A stretch of 64,000 nucleotides of DNA from Candidatus Obscuribacteraceae bacterium (GTDB taxonomy: Bacteria > Cyanobacteriota > Vampirovibrionia > Obscuribacterales > Obscuribacteraceae): assembly GCA_044229845.1 (NCBI GenBank), contig JBGASG010000011.1, forward strand, positions 79,480-143,479. The letters are read 5' to 3'. Shown here piece by piece: positions 37,555 to 46,946 of the stretch. The notes below the pieces were generated by a model that was given only the letters and a program-made list of their open reading frames with translations, did not search any database and was not told the DNA's origin. The position numbers and the translations under genes are program-made. The first letter of the stretch is position 1. Each line of letters starts with the position of its first letter.

Positions 37555-38136
37555 TTACGCCTTCGATACAATTACTTTCCCTTCCACTACAGCCACTTTT
37601 AAAGGTGGCAGAGGTTTCGGCGGCGGACCCGCCACATTTTTTCCGGTCTCGGCGTCATACTCACCACCATGGCAGGCGCAATAAATGCACTGCTTGTCGG
37701 CTCTAAACTGGACCGTGCATCCCAGATGCGTGCATATGGCTTTGAAAGCGTGCAGCTCTCCGTCATCGGTGTGAATAACGAGGGCTGGCACGGATCCGAA
37801 CCGAAAGTTGCGTCCGGCCCCTTTCGGCAAGTCGGACAGCTTGCACACCTCGACACTGGTAATCGTGGAAGTTTCATTTTCTTCTCCTGCCGGTGGTATC
37901 AGATAAGCCACTACGGGTGCCAGCGCAACGCCGCCCCAAGCTAAGACCGTGCCCGCGAATGCAGTCCTGATGAAGCGGGAGCGGCTGACGCCCTCAACAT
38001 CGCTGTCGGCATCTTCTTCCTCAGGGTTTCCGTTCGGACAACCATGGCAACCGTGCTGTCCTGAGCACTTTCCTTCTTCACCAGGTTGCCGCTTCTCACC
38101 AGGTTGCGGTCCATTATTTTCGTGTTGCTCTTCCAT
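37555..38136 (-). CDS. Rieske 2Fe-2S protein
   Basis: TM helix, CTHLGC, CACHGG and GPPPKPL motifs. Confidence 0.92.
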   Translation of the reverse strand: MEEQHENNGPQPGEKRQPGEEGKCSGQHGCHGCPNGNPEEEDADSDVEGVSRSRFIRTAFAGTVLAWGGVALAPVVAYLIPPAGEENETSTITSVEVCKLSDLPKGAGRNFRFGSVPALVIHTDDGELHAFKAICTHLGCTVQFRADKQCIYCACHGGEYDAETGKNVAGPPPKPLPPLKVAVVEGKVIVSKA

Positions 38137-38145
38137 GGCAGCTCC

Positions 38146-39318
38146 TCACGCAGAACCAACGGTATTAACGGTGCTACCGGTTTGGGAAATGACCGGCGGA
38201 TGATATGCAGACCAAACAAGCCGGCAAAGCCAGACCAGATAGAAAATCAGGGCGACTGCCGAAACAAGAAAGATCGCCAGCAAATCCCATTGTGTTGATA
38301 CGGCAACCAGGTCTGGTTTTACATGCGGGTTTAGATAAAGTAACCGCAATTGATGCCGATTGATGATCATGGCTAGAATCAGCACGGCATTGGCGACCAG
38401 TCCGGCAATGAATGCAGCTTTATTGCCGCTTGTCGAAGATACGGTTGTCGCCAGCAACGCCACCAGCATCAGAACCATCGAGGTCATAAAGACGCCTGTA
38501 ATCAATGAATCTCCTCCCATGAACGCCGACATGAATTGGCGAGGGAGAGATTGCAGAAACCACAGGCCTACTGGAATCTGCAGCACCGTGGCGACCAGAA
38601 ATATCCGTGAGCCCAACTTGATCGACCACAACGAAAAATCCTGGTTACGCTTACGCAGGTACAATCCAAAACAACCAACAGTCATGCCGGTGACCGCGAT
38701 CGAAGCAATAAAGAAATGCAAGTAGCGCGGCAGAATCTGCCGCTCGGAAAGATTGAGGTTGAGCCCTTGCGGGCTGGACTGATACAGCGAGAACCATTTT
38801 TCCGGCGACTGCATAAGGGTGAGGTTGTTTGAAAACACATACCCGATGAGTCCAAACCCGATGCTCATAAACAGCATGCCGAGCGCTGCTTTCATCGCGG
38901 CTGCGCCTGACAGGTTGCCGTTGAGGACTTTGTATATCACCAGATAAGCTGCGTAATACGAAATTAGCAGTATGGCCAACACACCGATCCAGGGCACGGC
39001 CATGACTATTGATGAAGTGTAGAATGCAGGTCCGTACAGGAGCTGCAAGAACAGCAACGGCACAATTCCCTGTGTGATGGCAAAAGATATGAAAAGGGGG
39101 AGCGAGATTGCCAGTGCTCTGGCAGTCTTAAAACTGTAAGAGCTATGGTCACGCCTACCGAGCGTAAAGAGAACCGCAGCAATGACAGTTCCACCCCAAA
39201 CCACATTCATTGGCAGAACATGCAAATAAAAACCAAGCACCAGCAGAGTCTGCATGAGCCATACCGGCAGCGGAAACGGCAGCGGTTGATAAGCTGGTAT
39301 CAGTTGCGAGAATTCCAT
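38146..39318 (-). CDS. Polytopic membrane protein, second CydA-like subunit
   Basis: About 9 TM helices with LHVLPMN, GIVPLLFLQLLY and PRYLHF motifs; first gene of the bc-bd operon. Confidence 0.65.
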   Translation of the reverse strand: MEFSQLIPAYQPLPFPLPVWLMQTLLVLGFYLHVLPMNVVWGGTVIAAVLFTLGRRDHSSYSFKTARALAISLPLFISFAITQGIVPLLFLQLLYGPAFYTSSIVMAVPWIGVLAILLISYYAAYLVIYKVLNGNLSGAAAMKAALGMLFMSIGFGLIGYVFSNNLTLMQSPEKWFSLYQSSPQGLNLNLSERQILPRYLHFFIASIAVTGMTVGCFGLYLRKRNQDFSLWSIKLGSRIFLVATVLQIPVGLWFLQSLPRQFMSAFMGGDSLITGVFMTSMVLMLVALLATTVSSTSGNKAAFIAGLVANAVLILAMIINRHQLRLLYLNPHVKPDLVAVSTQWDLLAIFLVSAVALIFYLVWLCRLVWSAYHPPVISQTGSTVNTVGSA

Positions 39319-39476
39319 CGTCGATCCGTTGTCTCCAAACGCCTGCATCTCCAGCACAGGCATATGCAGACTAGCTTTCGGCGTCCTGGCTTTTCATCGG
39401 CCTTGCGGCTTTGCGCAAAGATGTGTCACACACGCAAATAGCCAAAAGAGCGCGTCTTTTTCGCGCTAGCGCAAAG

Positions 39477-39494
39477 ATCCTCCGAAAGGATGAT
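39477..39494. promoter_or_regulatory. 7-4-7 box ATCCTCC-GAAA-GGATGAT
   Basis: One mismatch from the perfect box; lies in the bc-bd/hcp divergent spacer. Confidence 0.7.
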
Positions 39495-39596
39495 TCCAGT
39501 CGCCAGAGCTGCTCAAATCAGCCGTTGGGACAATGTCGCCATCTGCTAAAACCAGCTAATCTGGACGATCTATTGAAGTTTGACGAGGGATTCATA

Positions 39597-40318
39597 ATGT
39601 CGATGTTCTGCTATCAGTGTGAGCAAACCGCTCAGGGCACCGGATGTAATACCATGGGTATCTGCGGCAAAGACCCAGACACCGCCGCACTGCAAGACCT
39701 GATTGTGAACATAGTAAAAGGCATTTCCTGCTATGCGGATGCAGCTCGTTCCCTCGGCGAGAGCAACAGCGAGGTCGACGACGTCACTTTGGAAGCACTC
39801 TTTATGACTTTGACGAACGTCAACTTTGATGAGAAAGAGCATGTCGTCTATATGAAGAAGCTTTCGGAAATTCGCGACAAAGCACGCTGGATCTATCTAG
39901 ATGCGGCTAAACAACGAGGGCAGCAGCCAATTAGTTTCACCGGTCCCGCCGTCATGCAAATTCCTCAAACAGAAAAGGAACTTCTGGAAGTTGCCGGCAC
40001 TGTCAGCATTCTCCTGGAAATTGCCCGAGATGGAGCTGATGTTGCTGGTCTGAAAGAAATGCTCATCTACGGTATCAAAGGATTGGCTGCCTACGCCCAC
40101 CATGCAGCCAAGTTCGGTTATCGCGATGACTCAGTATTCGCCTTTGTGCACCGAGCCCTCGCAACTCTGACGCGCAGCGGCGTTACCGCCGACGAGCTGC
40201 TGCAATTATGCCTGGAAACAGGCAAAGTCAACTTCGATGTGATCGCTATGCTTGACAGAGCTCATACAGAAGTCCTGGGACAACCGGTTCCTACACAGGC
40301 GAAAACTTCACACGTAGC
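39597..40318 (+). pseudogene. hcp: Hybrid cluster protein, 5' part (interrupted by IS66)
   Basis: MFCYQCEQTA...C.....CGK and YGIKGLAAYAHHA motifs; ends at target duplication CACGTAGC. Confidence 0.92.
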
Positions 40319-40442
40319 GTGTGCGTCCGGTAGTCCACGTCGTGGGAATTTGTGCAGGGGTGTGGTTTGCTAATTGCACATGCGGCGCGGCTAGTTCGAA
40401 GCTACGAAAAGCGCTTGCACACCGAGTCACTGAGGGCAAGTC

Positions 40443-40916
40443 GTGGCACGAGCAAGAAGAACAGATACAACGCACTACACCAACAGCGAACTTTTAACAC
40501 GGAATGAAGCTGCCCAGTATCTAGGCGTTTCTCCTAACACATTGGCGATCTGGAGTTGCACCGGGCGGTACGACTTACCCTTCGTGAAAGTTGGTCGGCT
40601 TGCAAAATACCAGAGGTCAACACTGGATCATTTCCTGCAGCGGCGCACGAAACACTGGGACGGAACGGAAACCGGGCGTGCAGACCGGCCTTGTGTAGCA
40701 CCAGCATACACACCGTCTAAAAAAGCGCCCGCCGTGCGGCCGCAAGAGGTCGAATTTCGGGAAGTGAGGCTGGTCGAGCCACGCAGAGAAGAGGACCTGC
40801 CTCCATCGAACGGTGTGCTGGAAATCGCTCTACCCAGTGGTATCACTCTTCGACTGCCGGCAGGTTGTTCTCCGGACTTTCTCGCCTCGGTAATCGCCAC
40901 ATTGGAGAAATCGTAG
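40443..40916 (+). CDS. IS66 TnpA-position protein with an excisionase-like HTH
   Basis: LLTRNEAAQYLGVS...LPFVKVGR N-terminus; LEIALPSGITLRLP TnpA-like C-terminus. Confidence 0.7.
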   Translation: MARARRTDTTHYTNSELLTRNEAAQYLGVSPNTLAIWSCTGRYDLPFVKVGRLAKYQRSTLDHFLQRRTKHWDGTETGRADRPCVAPAYTPSKKAPAVRPQEVEFREVRLVEPRREEDLPPSNGVLEIALPSGITLRLPAGCSPDFLASVIATLEKS

Positions 40917-41323
40917 TGTTTAACTTGTCACCATCGGTGCGCATTTTCGTTTGCACAAAGCCGGTCGACATGCGGCGTTCGTTCGACGGGCTGTTCGGGC
41001 TTGTTCAGACGCTGGTGCACCAAGACCCGTTTTCCGGATCGCTCTTTCTCTTCCGCAGTCGACGCGGCGACTTCATCAAAATTCTCTGGTGGGACCTCGA
41101 CGGCTTTGCCATTTTTGCAAAGCGTCTCGAAGTCGGAACATTCCGTTTTCCAGAGGTGCGGTTCGTGAACGGCCAGTATGAAGCACTGGAGATGGAACGA
41201 TCCGACCTTCTCCTGCTTCTGGAGGGCATCGACACCGATTCTGTGAAGAGACTGAAGCGCTACCGCCGGGAAAGCCCGGGATCAAGCCAAAAGGCCACCC
41301 CAAAAGTACCCGCCGTGAGGTGA
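40916..41323 (+). CDS. tnpB: IS66 accessory protein TnpB
   Basis: PVDMRRSFDGL, FLFRSRR and KILWWD..G...KRLE motifs. Confidence 0.92.
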   Translation: MFNLSPSVRIFVCTKPVDMRRSFDGLFGLVQTLVHQDPFSGSLFLFRSRRGDFIKILWWDLDGFAIFAKRLEVGTFRFPEVRFVNGQYEALEMERSDLLLLLEGIDTDSVKRLKRYRRESPGSSQKATPKVPAVR

Positions 41324-42811
41324 GCAAATATCCGATCGCCATCCGGTGGCACTTCCGAGAAACGCGGAGTAAAACATAATACCTCCTTTTCGGACGCTGG
41401 CAGGTAATGTCGCCACCACGTGTGGTGTAAGCTGGATCAGCTAGATCTAAGCTGTAATTTACCCACCGGAGTGGTACCGTATACGGTGTCACTCTGGTAT
41501 TTGCGTTGCCTAAATCACCTAGCGAAAACGAGCGCCTCAGAAAAGAAAATGCGCAGCTGCATACCATCATCGCCGAGCTGGGAAAGACCGTTTCGCAACT
41601 GCAGGAGCAGCTTAAGCAAGCCACCGAGGGCAATGCCGAGCTGCGCGCCCTCCTCGTTGAGGTGCAGTCCAAACTGGACAAATTGCTTCAACAGAAGAAG
41701 AAACGAGACCGTAATGACTTCGGTCCAAAGACGGAGCGGCATAACCCTCGCCCTGCTCGCACCAAATCTGAGCGCTCTTTCAACACCGACAAGGAAAAAC
41801 CTGGCGGCATAAAACATATTCTCGACAACGCCAGCAAACTTCCACACCAACCAGTCCAGCACACCGTCAAGCCGGAAGATTCGACCTGTCCCAACTGCGA
41901 AGTCGACACCGTTTTCGTTAGCCACGCGATTACGCATCAGCTCGAGATGGTAAGCGCTAGCTTGAAGATCCTCGCGCATAGCCAGGAGACGCGAGCCTGC
42001 CCAAAGTGCAGACAGTACGTCGTCACAGCAGACAAGCCCTGCGCACCAATCCCTGGCAGCTATGCCGGACCACGCCTCTTGGGGGAAATTATTGTCGGCA
42101 AACTCGACGACGGACTTCCCAACAATCGACAACAAAAAATCTTTGCGCGCAACAATGTATCGATTCCGCGCTCCACGCAATGCGACTGGATGCAAGCCAC
42201 CGCTAACACTCTCTCTCTGCTCTACGACTTGCAAAAGAGAGAGTTGTTCAGATCTGCCATCATCAAGACAGACGACTCGTCCATCAAAGTTCAAGATCGC
42301 TCGCAAAAGGGCAACATCCGCAAAGGCAAAATTACTGCCTACGTCGGTGACTCCAAGCGCAAGATCACAATGTTCGACTACTCGAAAAAGCTGTCCTTCG
42401 ACAGAAATCTTGAATTTCTCAAAGATTACCAGGGCATCGTTCAGGCTGACGCTGCCGGAGGTTTCGACGCTCTGTTCGAAGACGGTCAGCGAACTGAAGC
42501 TGGTTGTAGTGCCCATTCCAGGCGCAGATACTTTGACGCCCAATCCAATGACGAGGATATTCGCAACACCGTTCTCGACATTTATCGAGACCTGTATAAG
42601 ATCGAGAAGGACATCAAAGATCAACCGAAGGAGTTCCGGCTGGCGGTGCGGCGCAAAAAATCGAAGCCGCTCGTCAAACAGCTGCGCACCATAATTTCGT
42701 GCGCGAGGACCAAACTCAATCCGAGCCATGAACTCATGAAAGCGATCAACTACACATTGAATCACTGGCTCGCGCTCACCCGATTTCTCAAAAATCCCGA
42801 CATTGCGATTG

Positions 42812-44812
42812 GTAGAGTCAACGACCGGCGCGGTGGCTTTAGGTTTGGGGAGTGTCTGTTTCCGGCGGCTTTCGCTTGAAGTGCCGGTGTCTCAATCCAG
42901 TCCATCGCTCCGTTTCCGGTCGCTGCTCGTCAAACCGGACATGCACATTTCGCGCATCCGGCTTTCACCTGCATTATCAAGCCTTCGCTCTCGGCAGGTC
43001 GGCACGCGTTCGCGGCAGTTTGAAGAGACCGAGTTTCTCATAGAGATACTCGTCTGAATATTGGCGGTATCCAGTGCCTCTCTGCTTGCATCTGCGCATC
43101 AACCATCGCCTTATCCGCCGTTCGGTGTATTCCCTGATCAGTTTGTACGTCCTGGTCACAGGTCCTTGGTCGAAGTATCCTGCCCAGCCTCGCAGAAACA
43201 AGTTGATCGCGCCAACCCGTTCTTCTGGACTGGTGTAATTCCACCGGCTCGACGTCTCGTCGTGGACCTTCTTAAGCGCGCGCTTGATTGCTTTCTTGGA
43301 TGGTCGGGTGCCTATGTATGGCACACCGCCTTTCCCATAGAAGAGACCGATTTCGTATCCCAGGAACGCAATCGTGCCTTCTGGAATCTTCACCAGCCGC
43401 GTCTTCGTTTCGTTCACCGAGAGTCCTATCCTTTCCATCAACTGCCTCATTCCACGCATTGCTGCTACGCCGTTACCGGGTTTACAGCAGATGACGAGGT
43501 CATCGGCGTAGTTGACCACAAAGGCATTGTATCGGTCTCGGTACCCGTGCTGTTCCCATGCAAGTAGGAACCGGCGGAAATAAAGGTTCGCTAACAAGGG
43601 CGAAATTGGTGACCCTTGCCCTGTTCCTCTATTACCGTCGCGGGCTTCCGTCGTCCGCCTGCACCCGTTCTGTGTTTTCTCCACAACAGGTGCGGTCAGC
43701 CACGCCTTTATTACCGACAGAACAGTTCCGTCAACTACTCGGCGCGCGACACAGCGCATCAGCTTTCCATGCGGGATCGTGGAAAAGTAGTCGCTCAGAT
43801 CGGCGTCTACCACTTCCCTTCTTCCGTTTTCGCTAACGTGCCAGAACACTCGGCGTACAGCCATCTTCGCATCAACTTTCGGACGGAACCCGTACTGGTT
43901 AGGCAACAGGTCCTCCTCAAAGATGGGGTTTAGCACCATTAATGTTGCGGTTTCGACTACCCGATCACGGACCGTCGGTATCGACAACGGACGCTGTTCC
44001 CCATTGCGCTTAGGTATCCACACACGCAGAAGAGGTTGTGGTCGGTAATCTCCAGAACACAACTCTTCCCTCAGCTCTACCAGCCATGTCGCCAATCCTC
44101 GGGCTTCGATTGCTTCGAACGTTTCGCCGTCGACTCCCGGCGCGCCAGCGTTTCGCTCGCAGCGACGGTAAGCCTCCTGCAATATGTCCAATCGACAGAT
44201 CTTGTCCCAAAGACTGTAGAAGCGAAATGCCGGTTCAGCCTTCGCTTTCGCTTGCAGCGAGTTCTGTAACTTCTGAACTGTTTCTTTCGGCGTTGGTAGG
44301 CTTTCAGCCAATCCCCTAGCTCTTGTCACTTTCCTCACCTCATGCAGGTCAGGGACCCTTCCCTCCGCCGGCATTACCCGGCTTCATCGGTACTACGATC
44401 CCATCCGCCATCTGCACCAGCCGCCGCCATCCCTTACGGGTTCGTCGTTGATGGTTGGTTGCCAGCCACCACCACTGGTGCAGACTTCCCCTGTTGCGCA
44501 CAGGTTCTCTGCTATGCGTGCTGCCACCACTACCCCGGTGGAACCGATGGAGCTAGTCGCTCATTTCCCCATCAGCATCGACCTTCCTCGTTATTATGGC
44601 GAGTCGGCTTCCACGTTGGCACTTTTCGGAGCCTGCTCAGTGTTCGCTCGCGCTGCGGCCCGCATAGCCCGCTGCCTCACTTAAGAGGCTTTTCCCGGAG
44701 TGCTTCAGACCATTTGTCACCTCCTGATCCGCCCCGGGTGTTTCCGGCTGGAGCGATAGTTGCCGGGTGGGACTTGGTACCCACGGAACCCGTGCACCTT
44801 GGCAGGGCACAC
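42812..44812 (-). mobile_element. Group II intron (tentatively class E-like), antisense to tnpC
   Basis: 5' end GTGTGCCCTG at 44812; domain V AAAGCCGGATGCGCGAAATGTGCATGTCCGGTTT with AGC triad; 3' end ..ACTCTAC at 42812. Precise removal restores tnpC. Confidence 0.9.
42977..44374 (-). CDS. ltrA: Group II intron reverse transcriptase/maturase
   Basis: GAPGVDG, RPLSIPT, QGSPISPLL and NYADD motifs; no endonuclease domain. Start uncertain. Confidence 0.92.
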   Translation of the reverse strand: MPAEGRVPDLHEVRKVTRARGLAESLPTPKETVQKLQNSLQAKAKAEPAFRFYSLWDKICRLDILQEAYRRCERNAGAPGVDGETFEAIEARGLATWLVELREELCSGDYRPQPLLRVWIPKRNGEQRPLSIPTVRDRVVETATLMVLNPIFEEDLLPNQYGFRPKVDAKMAVRRVFWHVSENGRREVVDADLSDYFSTIPHGKLMRCVARRVVDGTVLSVIKAWLTAPVVEKTQNGCRRTTEARDGNRGTGQGSPISPLLANLYFRRFLLAWEQHGYRDRYNAFVVNYADDLVICCKPGNGVAAMRGMRQLMERIGLSVNETKTRLVKIPEGTIAFLGYEIGLFYGKGGVPYIGTRPSKKAIKRALKKVHDETSSRWNYTSPEERVGAINLFLRGWAGYFDQGPVTRTYKLIREYTERRIRRWLMRRCKQRGTGYRQYSDEYLYEKLGLFKLPRTRADLPRAKA

Positions 44813-45137
44813 ACAATAACGAATGTGAGCGCGCAATCAAATGCTGGGTGCTGGTGCGGAAAAACAGCCTCTTCGCCGGCTCCGACGAAGGCGCGAAAGC
44901 CACTGCCATCCATCTCTCCTTTATCGCTTCCGCCAAGCGCAACGGCATTAACCCGGTCGATTGGTATGCCGATGTCCTCTCGCGCATCAACAGCCTAAAA
45001 ACGAACCAACTTCAACAACTTCTTCCTCAGAATTGGTCTCCACCATAAGGCTCACGTCTTCAGTGGTAACCGTCTTAGGAAATCAGATTGACATTCGCTG
45101 CGCTACGACGTAGAGCAGCGGACGGACACCACGTAGC

Positions 45138-46065
45138 CGGCAAATGCATTCTCGTCTCCGGACACGATATGAAAGTATTGCTTGAGTTGCTCAAACAAAC
45201 TGAGGGCAAAGGCATAAACATATACACTCACGGCGAGATGCTGCCTGCCCACAGCTATCCGCAGCTCAAAAAGTTTCCGCATCTAATCGGCAACTATGGA
45301 ACAGCATGGCAAAACCAGGTCAGCGAATTTGCCGCTTTCCCCGGCGCCATATTGATGACCACCAATTGTTTGAAACCACCTGCGGAACCGTATGCCAATA
45401 GATTGTTCACCAATGATGTGGTGGGTTTTGCCGGACTGAAAAAGGCAATCGGGTTCGACTTCCGCGAACTGATCGACTGCGCCCTGCAGTGCGAAGGTTT
45501 TAAAGAAACCGAACCGGAACGTTTCACGACTATAGGATTCGGGCATAACGCGGTGCTTGGCGTCGCAGACAAGGTCGTCAGTGCCGTTAAAGGTGGAAAG
45601 ATCAAGCACTTCTTTTTGATCGGTGGTTGCGATGGCGCGGAGTTCTCACGCAATTACTTTACTGAAATCGCGGAACTGATTCCGAACGACTGCATGATCC
45701 TCACTCTCGGCTGCGGGAAGTATCGCCTCAATCACCTGGATCTGGGCGAAATTGACGGACTGCCTCGTTTGCTCGACATGGGTCAATGCAATGACTCCTA
45801 TTCGGCAATCATCGTAGCCAGTGCTCTGGCGCAAGCTTTTGACTGCACCATCAACGAACTGCCGCTTTCGCTGATCATCTCCTGGTTCGAACAAAAGGCT
45901 GTGGCGGTTTTGTTAACCTTGCTGTACCTGGGCGTTCGCAATATACGGCTCGGTCCCAATCTGCCGGCTTTTTTGACACCGCCGGTTCTGCAGCGGCTTG
46001 TTGACACATTTGATCTGAAACCGGTGACCAGACCGGCACATGACTTAGAGGCAATATTGTCCTAG
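45138..46065 (+). pseudogene. hcp: Hybrid cluster protein, 3' part
   Basis: [36 protein letters not shown] and SWFEQK motifs; in frame with the 5' part (549 aa reconstituted). Confidence 0.92.
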
Positions 46066-46075
46066 CCCGGCGCAG

Positions 46076-46660
46076 TTATTTCTTCGCTATCTCAATTTCA
46101 ATGTCGGGAGCTAGATCCTGAGGCTCCACGAACGAACCGTATCGAGTGACTCTCTGTCCGTCTCGGCTCACCAGAAACTTGGTGAAATTCCACGTGACCT
46201 TCTCTGTGTCGAGAGAATTTAGCGCTCTCTTTTTCAGAAACTTGTACAAAGGATGTGCCTTGTCACCATTGACGTCGATTTTCTGGAACATCTGAAACTT
46301 AATGCCATTGCCGTGATAAAACCGAGCAATCTCAGCATTCGTTCCGGGTTCCTTGCCGCCAAGTTGGTTGCAGGGAAAGCCCAGAACGACCAATCCCTTT
46401 GCAGCGAATCTCTCGTGGAGCTTCTCCAATTCAGCCATTTGAGCAGTCATGCCGCACTGGCTGGCAGTATTGACTACGAGAACGACTTTGCCTTTGTAGG
46501 AGGCAAAGTCAATGCTCTCTCCGTCAAGAGATTTGGCGCTCAATTGATAGAGTGAAGCACTATCGCCAGAAGAGTTTGGCTCACTCCAGATCGGCGTACC
46601 ACTCAAGAAATTGGCGCAAAGCAAAGCGCCGACTACATTCACAATGGTCTTTGAGTGCAT
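46076..46660 (-). CDS. Glutathione peroxidase family protein with signal-like N-terminus
   Basis: VNTASQCG, GFPCNQ and WNFTKFL motifs. Confidence 0.9.
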   Translation of the reverse strand: MHSKTIVNVVGALLCANFLSGTPIWSEPNSSGDSASLYQLSAKSLDGESIDFASYKGKVVLVVNTASQCGMTAQMAELEKLHERFAAKGLVVLGFPCNQLGGKEPGTNAEIARFYHGNGIKFQMFQKIDVNGDKAHPLYKFLKKRALNSLDTEKVTWNFTKFLVSRDGQRVTRYGSFVEPQDLAPDIEIEIAKK

Positions 46661-46779
46661 GACGAGTTGATCCGTTTTGGACTTCTAACCTGTGACTGAG
46701 TTTAGAACAAACGGGTGAACGTCCGGTGAAAACCGAACCGTGAATGCAGCGGATGAATGCACCGCGTTGGAATGTAGAC

Positions 46780-46810
46780 AAAAAATAGGCGGCAGTTCTA
46801 ACTGCCGCCT
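46780..46810 (-). terminator. Intrinsic terminator
   Basis: AGGCGGCAGT-N4-ACTGCCGCCT followed by a U-tract on the minus strand. Confidence 0.8.
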
Positions 46811-46925
46811 TCAGGCTCTGAGTTTCCTCTGGTGCCTGCTGCCCTTGGAGGTTTATCTCGACTGTTCTTCGAGTACTTGGTGCTCGATTGAATTGTCTTG
46901 AATGCCCCCCTTGGGTTTCTCTTGT
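46780..46925 (-). ncRNA. Candidate ~145-nt small RNA
   Basis: Box at 46959-46976, -10 TAGTAT at 46937-46932, a terminator, and no ATG/GTG/TTG start inside. Confidence 0.45.
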
Positions 46926-46946
46926 GCTTATATACTAACTCTCGTT

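Larger units (their letters stand above)
41506..45048 (+). pseudogene. tnpC: IS66 transposase TnpC, split by the intron (41506-42811 + 44813-45048)
   Basis: Coiled coil, Zn finger and AHSRR motif. Joining the halves restores IAI-D-NNECERAIK...LLPQNW. Confidence 0.9.
40319..45129 (+). mobile_element. IS66-family element (contains a group II intron)
   Basis: Imperfect terminal inverted repeats GTGTGCGTCCGGTAGTCCACGTCGT / GTGTCCGTCCGCTGCTCTACGTCGT; 8-bp TSD CACGTAGC (40311-18, 45130-37); tnpA-tnpB-tnpC order. Confidence 0.93.

Noticed and set aside
39559..39566. Rrf2 operator upstream of hcp (ATCTGGAC)
   Set aside because: Only a half-site; the same 8-mer occurs at unrelated positions, consistent with chance.
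40319..40345. A third group II intron starting GTGTGCG
   Set aside because: It is the IS66 left inverted repeat, matched at 45129 and flanked by an 8-bp TSD.
41515..42765. Long antisense ORFs (also 5686-6621 and 50513-51385)
   Set aside because: They are shadows of well-supported genes on the opposite strand, with no recognisable motifs.
32188..44374. RTs as retron, DGR or CRISPR-associated enzymes
   Set aside because: Both sit inside complete group II intron boundaries with domains V/VI and a maturase domain.
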